A program made the position numbers and the translations under genes. Under the pieces are notes generated by a model, which worked only from the letters and a program-made list of their open reading frames with translations, was not told the origin of the DNA and did no database searches. From the NCBI GenBank assembly GCA_963707505.1, contig CAVPQB010000004.1:64001-128000 (forward strand): DNA of 64,000 bases, given 5' to 3'. This document shows, piece after piece, positions 26,403 to 38,586 of the stretch (within the stretch, counting starts at the first letter, position 1; each line of letters opens with the position of its first letter). Source of the DNA: an uncultured Gemmatimonadales bacterium (lineage in GTDB: Bacteria > Gemmatimonadota > Gemmatimonadetes > Gemmatimonadales > Gemmatimonadaceae).

Positions 26403-29400
26403 ATGCGCGAGAACGATCGGAACGCTGAATCCGCTTCGGCCGAATTTCCAAACTCCGCGCTGAGTGCGCCGGACGGTATGACTCGCCGCGACTTCGTCAC
26501 GCTACTCGGTGCGAGTGTCGCGCTGGCCGGACTTGGTGCATGCGTGCGTGAGCCAGCTGAGAAGATCCTGCCGTACGTACACGGATCGCCGGACGTGATT
26601 CCCGGTGCCGCCCTTCATTTCGCTACGTCGATGACGCTCGACGGCTATGCGACCGGCCTGCTCGTGACGAGCCATGGTGGGCGCCCGACCAAAATCGAGG
26701 GAAACCCGGACCACCCTGCAAGTCTCGGCGCCGCGGGGGTTTTCGAGCAGGCTTCCGTACTCCAGCTGTACGATCCACACAGAGCGCGCTACGTGCAAAA
26801 CGGGAATCGGCGTGGCTCATGGCGGGCGCTGGCCGAGGTACTTTCACCAGCGTCGCTGAGAAAGCGCGCAGGCGAGCGGGGCGCCGGACTGGCCCTGCTG
26901 CTCGAGCCGACGGCATCGCCTCTGATCGCAGCAAGGATCGCGCGAGTGCGCGATGTGTTTCCGGACGTACGCACGTACTTTCACTCTCCACTGGCGAATG
27001 CCGGAGCAACGCGCGCCGCCGTCGAGGTGCTCGGCGGACCGCTCGTAGCGCAGCACGATTTTCGGAACGCGGACGTCGTAGTGTCGCTCGGTGCGGATTT
27101 CTGCGCGTCGGGTCCGTTCAATCTTCGCTATGCGCGAGAGTTCGGCGAACGGCGTCGCGAGACTTCGCGAGGCGCGAGCGCGCTGTACGTCGCGGAATGC
27201 TCGCCATCGCCGACCGGCACGCTTGCTGACCGTCGCATCGCTGCGTCACCCGCTGCGATGGATCGCGTGGCAGCGGCTCTTCTCGCGACACGTCGCGCGC
27301 GACTCGCGATTCGCGGCGCGTGTTCCCCCGAGAATGGTGGAGAGCAACGCCGAATCAAACGATCTCACGCAGTCGGAACGCGCGTGGGTGATTGCCGCGG
27401 CGGACGACCTTGCCGCGCATCGGGGGCGTGGCATCGTGATCGCGGGGGCGCAGCAATCCGCGGAGACACATGCGATTGCTCACGCAATCAACGCAGTCGT
27501 TGGAAACGCCGGAAGCACGATCAGATATACCCGGTCGCCAATACTCGATGCAGGTGAGCGAAGTCACGATGTCGCGGCACTCAGTTCCGATCTGAGAGGC
27601 GGCGGGATCGACACGTTGCTCATTCTGGAAGGCAATCCGGCATACTCGGCGCCGGCCGACGTCGCATTCGTGACCGCAGTGCGCGGCGTTCGCAATTCGG
27701 TGTATCTGGGATTGTACGACAACGAGACCGCGCGCGAAACTACGTGGTTCGTGCCGAGCGCGCACTACCTCGAGTCGTGGGGCGACGGGCGTGCATACGA
27801 CGGGACAGCGTCGCTGGTACAACCGCTCATAGCGCCGCTGTATGACGGGCATACGGTTGCCGAAGTGCTCGCGCTCGTGGCAGGTGAGACTGGTGCGAGT
27901 GCGTACGATCTGGTGCGTCGCTCGTGGAGCGCGAATCCTGGCGCGCCGTCAGCGTTCGATTCATGGTGGAGCGAGTCGCTCGTGCGCGGTACCATTGCCG
28001 GTACGGCCTGGCCGGAAAGCACGGCGGTGATTCGATGGGACGCCGTCCGTGCCGCGCACGCGAAGCTCGGAACGCAGAAGACGCGCGAGCAGATCGCGAT
28101 CAATTTCGTCGCGAGTCCCGCGGTACATGACGGACGATTCGCTGACAACGGCTGGCTGCAGGAGCTACCCGATCCAGTTACGAAACTCACCTGGGACAAC
28201 GCGGCACTGATGGCTCCGGCACTCGCGACGCGGCTCGGTATTTCGCGCGGAGACGAAGTCGAGCTCAGGCTGCGCGAGCGCGCGCTCAAAGTTCCGGCGC
28301 TGATCGTTCCCGGTCACGCGGATTATACGGTAACTCTCGCGCTGGGATACGGCAGGAGCGGCGCCGAGGCGGTTGCACGTGACGTGGGCGTCAATGCAAA
28401 CATGATTCGTACATCCGCGGCACCGTTCGCGGATGCCGATGTCGTCGTCACGCGAACGGGTGTGCATCGCAATCTTGCGATCACTCAGGAACACTGGTCG
28501 TTGGAAGGTCGTGGTGGGGACATACTTGGCGTTGTCACCGCGTCGCCGCCATCAAAGCCACAGCCGGCACAGAGCTCCAGGGCCGCAGAGGCGACGGCGC
28601 CGCCGCGAAAGCGCCGCCCGCTCACGTTGTATGAGCCGCCTGCGCCCTCCGCGAATGGCTTCGGAGCCGATCAGTGGGCGATGGTGATCGATCTCAATAC
28701 GTGCACTGGATGCGGGGCATGCGTGGTTGCATGCCAGGCCGAGAACAACATTCCCGTCGTCGGTCGTGACGGAGTGCTCAAGAGCCGCGAGATGCAGTGG
28801 CTGCGGATCGATCGCTATGTGGAAGGGCCGCCGGAGGAGCCGCAGGTATCGGTCCAACCGATGCTGTGCCAGCAGTGCGAGAAGGCCCCGTGCGAGTACG
28901 TATGTCCGGTGGATGCCACAGTGCACAGCGATGACGGACTCAACGAGATGGTTTACAACCGCTGCGTTGGGACGCGCTTCTGCTCCAATAATTGTCCGTA
29001 CAAGGTACGGCGGTTCAACTGGTTCGACTACAACGGGGAGATCGCGGAAACCGAACGAATGGTGAAGAACCCTGAAGTGACTGTTCGGGCTCGCGGAGTG
29101 ATGGAGAAGTGCACCTTTTGCGTTCAGCGAATTCGCACGGCGCAGATCGACGCGCAGCTGGCGGACGAGCCGCGCACGGGGCCTGTCATGACCGCGTGCC
29201 AGCAGACCTGTCCAACCGGTGCAATCATATTCGGCTCGCTCACCGATCCGTCGAGCGAGGTTTTGCGGCTGCGCGACGATCCGCGTTGTTTCTCCGCCCT
29301 GGATCAGCTGGGCACGGTGCCGCGGGTGAGATATCTGGCGCGCGTTCGCACTGGCGAGGCTGTGGCGTTCGACGAGTCTGGCGAATCCGGCGAGTCCGGC

Positions 29401-29421
29401 GATGACCGAAATGACGGGTGA
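26403..29421 (+). CDS. actB: Alternative complex III subunit B: molybdopterin-oxidoreductase-like + Fe-S domain (frameshift near 27288)
   Basis: Tat motif [77 protein letters not shown]. Confidence 0.9.
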
Positions 29422-30886
29422 CGCGGCGGGGTTGCCTGCTGCTCGCGGCAGAGGTGTGCTCGTTCGTTCGGTAACGGAGCGTGCGACTGAGCGCGCGACT
29501 GAGCGTGCGGCGATCGAGGAATATCCTGTAGCGTATAAATTGCCGGGCGATGGTGCGCTCACGGATCAGCTGCTGTCACCGATGTGGACCGGCTCGCGTA
29601 TCTGGTGGCCGTTGTTCATCGTGTCGGGGTTGCTCGTCGTTCTGTTCCTGTACGCGATGGCGGTGACTTTCGTGCGCGGGATCGGTGCGTGGGGCAACAA
29701 CATCCCGGTGGCATGGGCATACGGGATCACCGATTTCGTATGGTGGATTGGAATCGGGCACGCGGGGACGTTCATCTCCGCCTTTCTCATTCTGCTGAAC
29801 CAGCGTTGGAGGGCATCGATCAACCGGTTCGCCGAGACGATGACGTTGTTCGCGCTCGTAAATGCGTCGCTGTTTCCGATCCTGCATCTCGGGCGGCCGT
29901 GGTTCTTCTACTGGCTCGTGCCCTATCCGGCGACGACAGGCGTGTGGCCCAACTTCAAGAGCTCGCTGCCGTGGGACGTCGCTGCGATCTCGACGTACTT
30001 CACCGTGTCGCTGTTGTTCTGGTATCTCGGGCTGGTACCGGATCTCGCAGCGGCACGGGATCGTGCGCCGGGCCTGTGGCGCAAACGTATCTATGGAATC
30101 TTCGCGCTGGGCTGGCGTGGTAGCTCGAACGAATGGCGGCACTATCGCGTTGCGTACACGTTGCTCGCGGGTCTTGCGACGCCGCTGGTGATTTCAGTGC
30201 ACAGCATCGTGAGTCTTGATTTCGCCATCACGCAATTGCCGGGATGGCACTCGACGATATTCCCGCCGTATTTCGTAGTCGGCGCGATCTACTCGGGACT
30301 GGCGATGGTGCTGTTGCTGATTCTTCCCGCGCGACGGGTGTTCCGGCTCGACAACATCATCACTGCTGCGCATCTCAGCAACATCGCGAAGTTGATGCTT
30401 GCCACAGGATCGATGCTCGCATACAGCTACATGTGCGAGGCGTTCATGGCGTGGTACAGCGGGGATCCATACGAACACTACACCATGCTGGTGGCGAGGC
30501 CACTGGGGCCGTACGCCGTGGTGTTCTGGCTCATGCTCCTGGCGAACGTCGTGACTCCGCAATTGTTCTGGTGGAAACGCATGCGGACGAGCGTCGTTGC
30601 GCTGTTCATCGTCTCGCTGTTCGTATTTGCTGGAATGTGGTGCGAGCGATTCATAATCATCGTGGGATCGCTCAATCGCGACTTCCTGCCGAGCAGCTGG
30701 CACTTCTATGCGCCGACATGGGTGGATCTGAGTCTGCTGTTTGGCAGTATCGGACTGTTCTGCTTTCTGTTCCTTGCCTTCCTGCGCTGGGTGCCGATGG
30801 TTCCCGTGAGCGAGGTCAAGCGACTGCGCTTCGAGCTGTCGCGTGGCGGAGCAGCATTGCGCAAGGGCGAAGGCAGGGTACAATGA
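29402..30886 (+). CDS. actC: Alternative complex III subunit C (NrfD/PsrC family)
   Basis: [54 protein letters not shown]. Confidence 0.93.
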   Translation: MTEMTGDAAGLPAARGRGVLVRSVTERATERATERAAIEEYPVAYKLPGDGALTDQLLSPMWTGSRIWWPLFIVSGLLVVLFLYAMAVTFVRGIGAWGNNIPVAWAYGITDFVWWIGIGHAGTFISAFLILLNQRWRASINRFAETMTLFALVNASLFPILHLGRPWFFYWLVPYPATTGVWPNFKSSLPWDVAAISTYFTVSLLFWYLGLVPDLAAARDRAPGLWRKRIYGIFALGWRGSSNEWRHYRVAYTLLAGLATPLVISVHSIVSLDFAITQLPGWHSTIFPPYFVVGAIYSGLAMVLLLILPARRVFRLDNIITAAHLSNIAKLMLATGSMLAYSYMCEAFMAWYSGDPYEHYTMLVARPLGPYAVVFWLMLLANVVTPQLFWWKRMRTSVVALFIVSLFVFAGMWCERFIIIVGSLNRDFLPSSWHFYAPTWVDLSLLFGSIGLFCFLFLAFLRWVPMVPVSEVKRLRFELSRGGAALRKGEGRVQ

Positions 30887-31452
30887 GCACCGCAATGGCG
30901 CTCGTACGTGACGGTCCCGGGCGCGTTCTCGGCGAATTCACGACCGCAGATTCGATGCTCGCTGGAATCGACGCGCTCATGCGTGAAGGATATCGCACGC
31001 TGGAGACATTCACACCATTCGACATGCCCGAGCTGGACGCGCGACTCGGTTTGCGGCGATCGCGGATCGGGTGGCTCGTTGCAGCCGGCGGATTCGTGGG
31101 GATGGTGCTGGCGTACGGCATCCAGTGGTGGGCGAACGTGCATGATTATCCGCTCAACAGCGGCGGCCGGCCGGTGCACGCCGTGCCCGCATTTCTGCTG
31201 GCGACGTTCGAAGGAACCGTCTTGTTCGCTGCATTTGCGGCATTCTTCGGACTGATGATATGGTTACGGCTACCCAGGCTGTGGGCTCCGGTCGATGAGG
31301 TGGACGGTTTTGGCCGCGCATCGGTGGATCGTTTCTGGATTGCAGTGGGCATTCCAGCAGGTGAAAGCGGAGCCAGCAATGGTGGAGCGCGTGCAGCGGA
31401 GCTGATGCGTGGCGCTGGCGCGTTGCGTACCGTCGGGCCGGTCGGGATATGA
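30883..31452 (+). CDS. actD: Alternative complex III subunit D (DUF3341)
   Basis: ATGA overlap with act[35 protein letters not shown]. Confidence 0.9.
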   Translation: MSTAMALVRDGPGRVLGEFTTADSMLAGIDALMREGYRTLETFTPFDMPELDARLGLRRSRIGWLVAAGGFVGMVLAYGIQWWANVHDYPLNSGGRPVHAVPAFLLATFEGTVLFAAFAAFFGLMIWLRLPRLWAPVDEVDGFGRASVDRFWIAVGIPAGESGASNGGARAAELMRGAGALRTVGPVGI

Positions 31453-31991
31453 CTGGAACGTTCCGCGCGGGTATTGTATGCGTCTCCGTGTTGGTCGCTG
31501 CGAGCGGCTGTTCCGAGCGCATGGGGAAGGGCTGGGACTGGAATCGCATGCGCACGCAGCCCAAGTACCAGCCGTATCGCGGCAGCGCGTTCTTTTCCGA
31601 TGGGAAGGCGATGCAGCTGCCTCCGGCTGGCACGATGTCACGGGAGAGTGGGGCAATGGTCACGACGCCGATCGCGATCAGCGCTCGAGTCATCGCGCGT
31701 GGCGCGTCGCAGTTTCACATCTATTGCGCCGTATGTCATGGCGAGCGGGGCGATGGCGCAAGCATCGTAGCGAGCAACATGGAGCAGCCAAAGCCGCCGT
31801 CTCTCATCACGCCTCCGGTCAGCCTCATGCCGGCGAGCGTCGTCGCAACGGTGATAACCAATGGAGTGGGGACGATGCCACCGTTCGCGGCTGAGCTATC
31901 ACCGGCTGACCGACAGGCAGTTGCCGCATACGTCGCGACACTGCAACGCAAGGCGGGCGTGGGTATCGTCCGTACGCCGCCCGGACAATGA
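31449..31991 (+). CDS. actE: Alternative complex III monoheme cytochrome c lipoprotein
   Basis: Lipobox ASGC; MRTQPKYQPY..SAFFSDG..M..PPAGT; CAVCH; MPPFA. Confidence 0.88.
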   Translation: MTGTFRAGIVCVSVLVAASGCSERMGKGWDWNRMRTQPKYQPYRGSAFFSDGKAMQLPPAGTMSRESGAMVTTPIAISARVIARGASQFHIYCAVCHGERGDGASIVASNMEQPKPPSLITPPVSLMPASVVATVITNGVGTMPPFAAELSPADRQAVAAYVATLQRKAGVGIVRTPPGQ

Positions 31992-33196
31992 GCGGAAGCG
32001 TCGAAGGGCGTGCGGCGCACTGGCACAGCTCGGCGATCGCGACGAGAGCGCTGATTGCTGGACTCGTAGGACTCGTACTGTGTATCGTTGCGCTACTCGT
32101 GAATCCGCGGCGTGCATTTGCAGCATATCTGTTCGCGTACGTGACCGTGCTCACGTTGGTCCTCGGCGCACTGATACAGGTGATGATCAGTCACGTTACC
32201 GCAGCCAGGTGGTTCACCGTGCTGCGCAGGCTGACTCTCACCGTGACGACATCGCTCCCGTTGCTGGCAGTGCTCGTACTGCCGGTTCTGTTTGGCGTGC
32301 AGCGCCTGTATCCGTGGGCGCGCGCAGCATCGTTGTCACCCGACATGCGCAAGCTGGTGGTACACCGACAGGCCTGGCTCAACGTTCCATTTTTCGCGGT
32401 GCGCGCGATCATCTACGTTGTCGTGTTCGCCGCTTGCGGCGAGATGTTACGCCGCTGGGCAGCGCGAGAGAATCATGTGTCACGCACAGGCGATGTAGTG
32501 ATGGTGCTGCGACGACAGCGGCGTGCAAGTGCGATAGGACTGGTCGTAGTTGGCCTGACTCTCACGCTCGTGGCCTTCGACTGGCTCATGCCACTGGATA
32601 CGGAATGGTATTCAACGGTGTACGGCGTTTACGTGTTCGCGGGAGGATTCGTCGCGGCGCTGGGATTCATAGCGTTGCTTGCATATGCCGCTTCACGCAA
32701 TGGGGGCGCGCTGGACGGATCTGTGAGCGACGAACACTTCGGCGCCCTCGGAAAGCTGATGCTTACCTTCGTGATATTCTGGGCATATATCGCCTTTTCG
32801 CAATTTCTGATAATCTGGATCGGTGACATCCCGGCGGATTCCTCATGGTACGTCGTGCGGGGGTCGGGAAGTTGGGGTACGCTCGGACTGATTGTAGTGA
32901 TCGGGCAATTCGCGATTCCATTCGTCCTGCTACTGTCGCGTACGCTCAAGCGCCGGCCACCAGCGCTTGCGGCGATCGGCACCTGGCTCGTCATCATGCA
33001 CGTGCTGGACGTGTACTGGCTGGTATTACCTGCATTCGATCCATCAGGGATGAAGTTGAGCTGGATGGACCTGTCGGCGCTTCTCATGGTCGGTGGCCTT
33101 GCTACGGCGTCGGCGGCGCGCAGAGTTCGCGGACGTGCAGCGATTCCGGTGAACGATCCCTACATCGCGCAGGCCGTGTACTATGTCGAGCCGTGA
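31988..33196 (+). CDS. actF: Alternative complex III subunit F
   Basis: About 10 TM; WLNVPFF, AFDWLM, WYSTVYG, LGKLMLTFVIFWAYIAFSQFLIIW. Confidence 0.88.
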   Translation: MSGSVEGRAAHWHSSAIATRALIAGLVGLVLCIVALLVNPRRAFAAYLFAYVTVLTLVLGALIQVMISHVTAARWFTVLRRLTLTVTTSLPLLAVLVLPVLFGVQRLYPWARAASLSPDMRKLVVHRQAWLNVPFFAVRAIIYVVVFAACGEMLRRWAARENHVSRTGDVVMVLRRQRRASAIGLVVVGLTLTLVAFDWLMPLDTEWYSTVYGVYVFAGGFVAALGFIALLAYAASRNGGALDGSVSDEHFGALGKLMLTFVIFWAYIAFSQFLIIWIGDIPADSSWYVVRGSGSWGTLGLIVVIGQFAIPFVLLLSRTLKRRPPALAAIGTWLVIMHVLDVYWLVLPAFDPSGMKLSWMDLSALLMVGGLATASAARRVRGRAAIPVNDPYIAQAVYYVEP

Positions 33197-33572
33197 CCTC
33201 CAGGTCGTAGCGGCGCTGATTGCTGTGGGGAGTGTCGTGATGCTCTGTGCCTGCGGTGACACAATCACGCGCGATTCAGTTGCATTGAGCGGAGGTGACG
33301 CCGAGCATGGAAAGGCGGTGATCCAGCGCTATGGTTGCAACACATGTCACGCGATTGCAGGATTCCCGGATCCACTGGCGGCGGTGGCGGCGCCGGTCAC
33401 CGGAATCGCAGATCGCGCCTACATTGCTGGAATGTTGCCGACCACCCCCGAAAATCTCGTGCTGTGGATTCGATTCCCGCGCAACGTAAAGCCGGGGACC
33501 GCGATGCCGGATCTCGGTGTGTCCGAGCGCGAAGCACGGGACGTAGCAACGTATCTGTACTCACTGCGGTAG
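33183..33572 (+). CDS. Monoheme cytochrome c, probable lipoprotein
   Basis: LCAC lipobox-like; GDAEHGK..I..YGCNTCH; YIAG; PGTAMPDLG. Confidence 0.9.
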   Translation: MSSRDLQVVAALIAVGSVVMLCACGDTITRDSVALSGGDAEHGKAVIQRYGCNTCHAIAGFPDPLAAVAAPVTGIADRAYIAGMLPTTPENLVLWIRFPRNVKPGTAMPDLGVSEREARDVATYLYSLR

Positions 33573-33586
33573 AGCTTCGCGCTGTG

Positions 33587-35044
33587 CTAATACGCCAGCG
33601 TCACAATTGAGGTGCCGGAAACCCCATCACAGGTTGCAGTGATCGTTATGCCGGATGCGTTGCCATGTCTGACGGCGGTTACCTTGGCAGTGGTTGCACC
33701 TGTGCTGGTGACTGAAACGCGGCTGCTGTCGCTGGAGCTCCAGGTGATCGTGTGACCGTTGATCACCTGGTTGTTCGCATCGACAGCTTTCGCCGTCAGC
33801 GTCTTTGGATGGTTGTTGTCGAGCGTAAGCGCACCCGGGTTCACAGTCACGCTGGCAACGGTGACGGGTCCTGATACCGTCACTGATGCAGTGCCGCTTT
33901 TCCCTTCGCTGGTCGCGGTGATGGTTGCATTGCCAGCGGCGACCGCCGTGACATCGCCGCTGTTCGATACCGTCGCGACGTTCGGGGCGCTGGACGACCA
34001 TGTGACCGTGCGTCCGGTGAGCGTTGCGCCGTTGGCCTGCTTCACGGTCGCTGTAAGGGTTGCCGTTCCGCCGATCGCGAGCGCTGTTGTGGGCGGACTG
34101 ACAGTAACGGAAGCGACCGGTGTCGGCGGTGGAGTAGTTGCCGTCACAACGACCTGAGCCGTTCCGGTCTTCCCCTCGGAGGTCGCATTGATGGTCGTGC
34201 TACCTGCGCCGATCCCCTTCACCAGACCAGCCGTGGTCACCGTAGCTATCGATGTATTCGCTGACGACCAGGTGATCGTCCGGCCGGTCAGTGTGTTTCC
34301 GTTCGCATCGGTGGTGACCGCTGTCAGCGATGCCGACTGGCCGACATCCAGGGCTGCCGATCCCGGACTTACCGCGACCGACGCGACAGGAATCACTGTC
34401 ACCGTTATGGCCGACGATCCCGCTTTGCCTTCGACAGTTCCGGTGACGGTTGCCGTTCCGGCGGCAACGCCCGTCACCTGACCCGAGGAATTGACCGTCG
34501 CAACCTGTGGCGCCGAGCTCGCCCAGACCACGGTACGCCCGGACAGTGTGTTCCCACTCGCGTCATACGCAATGCCCTGCAGCGTCACCGTTCCGCCAAT
34601 GGTGATTGTAGCAGTTGCCGGAGCTATGGCGACGGAGGCGACGCCGATCGGGAGCACAGTTACCGGGACCACGGCCGACTGACCGCTCGAGCTCGCGGCG
34701 ATCTGGGTCGTTCCGACGCTGTTCCCGGTCACGACACCGGCCGACGATACTGAGACGATGCTCGTGTCGTTGCTGGACCAGAAGACGGTCGCACCAGGCA
34801 CGAGCTGACCGCTGGCGTCGTGCACCTGCGCCTGCAAGGCGATCTGTGCCCCGACCGCGACCGCGGGCGCGTTGGGGCTTATCGCTATCTGAGCGGGAGA
34901 CGGACCTGGCGGCGCAACGGAGTCCGACCCACTCCCGCCACACGCGAGAAATCCGGCGACGAGGACGAGAGCGAGGAATGCACCAGCGCAGCGATCTGCC
35001 TGGAAAAATTGAGGCTGACGGCGATGTAGCATCGATCTACCCAA
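33587..35044 (-). CDS. Ig-like (Big_2) repeat lipoprotein, 5 domains
   Basis: FLAC lipobox; repeated VASV.V.P...TWSSS...VATV...G.VT....G.ATITATSEGK.G. Alternative start 35032. Confidence 0.9.
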   Translation of the reverse strand: MGRSMLHRRQPQFFQADRCAGAFLALVLVAGFLACGGSGSDSVAPPGPSPAQIAISPNAPAVAVGAQIALQAQVHDASGQLVPGATVFWSSNDTSIVSVSSAGVVTGNSVGTTQIAASSSGQSAVVPVTVLPIGVASVAIAPATATITIGGTVTLQGIAYDASGNTLSGRTVVWASSAPQVATVNSSGQVTGVAAGTATVTGTVEGKAGSSAITVTVIPVASVAVSPGSAALDVGQSASLTAVTTDANGNTLTGRTITWSSANTSIATVTTAGLVKGIGAGSTTINATSEGKTGTAQVVVTATTPPPTPVASVTVSPPTTALAIGGTATLTATVKQANGATLTGRTVTWSSSAPNVATVSNSGDVTAVAAGNATITATSEGKSGTASVTVSGPVTVASVTVNPGALTLDNNHPKTLTAKAVDANNQVINGHTITWSSSDSSRVSVTSTGATTAKVTAVRHGNASGITITATCDGVSGTSIVTLAY

Positions 35045-35214
35045 CCCAATGCGTTCTGAGGCAGGCTCCGTAAGGAACGAACGAATGTGCTGTGGCGGCA
35101 GGAGTTGTCATCCGGGGCCAGTGATGGAGACGGGACTCCTATACGCACAAGTCGCGCCGACGTCGCTGGAACCAGGGGTGCGAATGCCTTCGCACCGTAC
35201 TGCAGAAATGGGCC

Positions 35215-36111
35215 CTAGCGGATGGTCAGCCCAAAGCCAACGGATCTCGGCCCGAAGGCCAGCAGAGGTGCCGCAGACATTCCCCGCGCGGCTTCCTGCG
35301 CGGCTGTGGCGCTACGGGCAGCGTGTGCGTGGGTGGCCGCCTCGATTGCCGCGATGACGGCGATGCCAGCTGCCGCTCCGATGCCGACAGCGGAGTTCGG
35401 GCGTTCGCTGCGCGTCTCGGTCGTTTGATAGGTGTAGCTGTGGCCGAGCGGATCGATGGCAGTGTGAGTTACCTGTACCGTCTTGTTCTGGGACTGCAGT
35501 CCGTACGCAATCGCGCCGCCCGAGACGGCCAGCACCAGCACTCCCGCGAACGGGCGATGCGTCGTCATCTGGCCGAGTCCGGGAATGATAAGGCCACCCA
35601 GGAACACACCTGCTGGAGCCGGCATGCTGGCGACAGACGCAGCGACTGGTATTCGAACGACCGTGGTGTCGGGTGGAAGTGCGAGCGCGAGCTCTGCAAT
35701 TCGCTGGCGCACGTCGCCAGCTTCGGCGGCACCGGGGTTGATCGCCAGAAAACGGCAATACTCGCGCATCGCGCGCTGGTCGTGCGTGGCTTCGTATTCG
35801 CGGCCGAGCGCGTATGCGATACTGGGATCGGTCGGATTGATATCCGCAGCCTGTTGGTACAGCGAGGTCGCGGCCGCGTTATCACCGACGATCGACGCTG
35901 CCTGCGCGCGTCCGGCGATGAGCCGTGCGGCGGATTTCGCGCTGTCAGATACCGGAGCGAGCGGACCCACGATACTGACGCAGCGACCTGGCAAGGTCGA
36001 TCGCGCCACGTCGGACGGCGTTGACTGTGCGCGACCAGTGGAAGCGGAGATGGAGGATCCGATCAGCAAAAGCGCTACGGTGCGCAGTCCAGGGAATGGT
36101 GCGTTAGTCAT
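35215..36111 (-). CDS. Exported TPR-containing protein with C-terminal membrane segments
   Basis: Signal peptide; TPR-like AATSLYQQAADINPTDPSIAYALG; LIIPGLGQM plus hydrophobic segments. Confidence 0.75.
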   Translation of the reverse strand: MTNAPFPGLRTVALLLIGSSISASTGRAQSTPSDVARSTLPGRCVSIVGPLAPVSDSAKSAARLIAGRAQAASIVGDNAAATSLYQQAADINPTDPSIAYALGREYEATHDQRAMREYCRFLAINPGAAEAGDVRQRIAELALALPPDTTVVRIPVAASVASMPAPAGVFLGGLIIPGLGQMTTHRPFAGVLVLAVSGGAIAYGLQSQNKTVQVTHTAIDPLGHSYTYQTTETRSERPNSAVGIGAAAGIAVIAAIEAATHAHAARSATAAQEAARGMSAAPLLAFGPRSVGFGLTIR

Positions 36112-38579
36112 GGTATCAAGAAAGTAATCGACCCGGTTGTTCCGTCTATCAGCGCGTTGATTGTCACGCTTCCAGAGTTAAGTATGGTGACAAGGCCATT
36201 GGTATCTACGGTCGCCAGCGTAGGATCTGTCGACGCCCATGTGACGGCGCGTCCGGTGAGCACGTTACCTCCTGCGTCCGTTGGCGTCGCTGTGAGTTGA
36301 GCGGTCTGCCCGATCATCGGGTTGGGGCGCGAAGAGGTAACCGATACCGCTGCAACCGGTACCAGCGAAACTGTAACCGTCGCGCTTCCGCTCATGCCTT
36401 CACTCGTCGCGGTTATTATCGCGGTTCCCGAATCTACCGCAGTGACGAGGCCTGTCGTTTGGTTGACGGTTGCGACGGCCGGCTTGTTGGACGTCCATGT
36501 TGTGACACGTCCGGTAAGCACGAAGCCAGGCGCATCCTTGGTCGTGTCGGTGAATGTCTGTGTGCCCCCGACGATCAGTGCCGCGCTCTGCGGCGCGACG
36601 GTAACGGTGGCGACGGGTGCAGCCGTTACCGTGAGCGTTGCTGTGCCGGAGACTGCTCCGCTCGGCTGAGTAAACGTTGCGGTAACGGTGGCACTGCCGG
36701 GACTTACTCCCGTGACGACACCCGTGCTCGCGTTTATTGTCGCAATCGAAGCTGGCGCGACCGACCACGTGACCGTGCGACCCGTCAGCGTGTTGCCATT
36801 CGCATCTTTGGTGACCGCTGTCAGGTTTGTCGTCAGGTGCTCAACTACCGATGGACTCGGCGGAGAGATTGTAACAGTTGCGACCGGTATTGGAATCACT
36901 GTGATCGCTGCGGTGCCAGCCTTCCCCTCGCTTGCCCCCGTAATCGTTGCGCTGCCGGCCGTGAGGCCCTTCACGAGTTCCACTCGCATCTACAGAGGCA
37001 ACTGCCGGGGCACTTGATGACCATGTGACTGCGCGATTCGCCAGCACTATTCCCGAATGCATCTTTTGTGGTGCCGGTCAGAGTCACCGTTGCGGCAACC
37101 TGTATGGTCGCGCTCGTCGGAGCCACTAACGGACCGATGCAACCGGCACCCGAGGACGGTAACAATAACAGAAGCGCTCGCCGTATCACTTCTGGCCGTA
37201 ATGGGTGCGGATCCAACAAACTTACCGGTGACCAATCCGTTCGCTGACACTGTTGCGACCGACGACCCGTTGTTGGACCAGGTTACGGGGCGTCCGCTCA
37301 GGGCGTTACCTGCTGAATCGCGTACGGTGGCGACCAATGTCACAGTTTGTCCGGAATCAATCGTTGCGCCATTCGGAAGGATTGTCACCGATGCAACGGA
37401 CGGGGGTGCGGGCGGCAGAACGGTTATCGTCGCACTTCCATTCTTGCCTTCGCTGGTCGCCGTAATCGTTGCCGAGCCGGGCGTCTTCGCGTCGACGACA
37501 CCCGTGTTCGATACGGTTGCAATCGCCGTCGCACTGCTCGACCATGTAATCACGCGCCCGGACAGCGCAGCACCGCTCGCGTCGCGCAATGTTGCGGAAA
37601 GCGTGACCGATCCGCCGATGTTGAGGCTGGTAGTTCCCGGAGTCACCACGACCGACGCAACCGGAATCGGTGGTGGCGGTGTCGTCGCGGTGATAACTAC
37701 CTGCGCTGATCCCGTCTTGCCTTCCGCCGTCGCGCTGATGTTGGTAGTGCCGGCGCCCACGCCGGTCACGAGGCCGGACGTGCTCACAGTTGCAATCGAC
37801 GTATTCGCAGACGCCCACGCGATGGGACGACCGGTCAGGGGGTTACCGTTGCCGTCCGTCACCACTGCGTTGAACGCCTTGGATGCTCCCACATCGAGTG
37901 CAGCGGATCCGGGCGTCACTGCAACCGCTGCGACGGGGATTACTGTAACCGTGATCGCGGACGATGCGGTTTTTCCCTCGACAGTTCCGCTCACCGTTGC
38001 CGTGCCGGCGGCGAGGGCGGTGACCTTGCCCGACGCGTCCACCGTCGCAACCTGGGACGCCGAGCTGGCCCAGACGATCGCTCGTCCGCTGAGCGGATTG
38101 GCATTTGCGTCGTATGCTACGGTTTGCAAGGTGACAGTGCCACCTATCACAAGCGTCGCCGCGGATGGAAGCACAGCCACCGATGCAACCGGAACCTGCT
38201 GCACTGTAACCGTTGTTACGGCCGACGCACCGCTCGAGCTCGCTGCGATCTGTGTATTCCCGACGGACTTTCCGGTAATGACTCCCGCCGATGACACTGT
38301 GACAACATTCGTGTCAGCGCTGGACCAGAATACTGTCGCGCCGGAGATCACCTGTCCATTCGCACCGCGTACCTCGGCCTGCAACGTAGCCTGCGCGCCG
38401 ACCGTGATCGACGGCGCATTCGGCGTTATGGCGATCTGAACTCCACCACCGCCACCACCCGGGGAGACCGAATCCGTCGAGCCGCCGCACGCGAGCAGCG
38501 CAGCGACTGCCACGATCGGACGGCAGTCGATCCAGAAACGGTGGACTCGCGACGCGAGCGATTCACACCGGCTACGCAT
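36108..38579 (-). CDS. Ig-like (Big_2) repeat lipoprotein, about 9 domains (several frameshifts at about 36985-37145)
   Basis: LLAC lipobox; Big_2 repeats continue across ORFs 37047-38717, 36971-37219, 36841-37062 and 36108-36989. Confidence 0.85.
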
Positions 38580-38586
38580 GCGGCTC

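Noticed and set aside
26403..29421. Natural split of ActB into B1 and B2
   Set aside because: The break falls inside the molybdopterin-like domain, not at the Fe-S boundary, and one base restores the frame.
37057..38439. 460-aa plus-strand repeat-like ORF
   Set aside because: Antisense of Thr/Val/Ala-rich Big_2 repeats.
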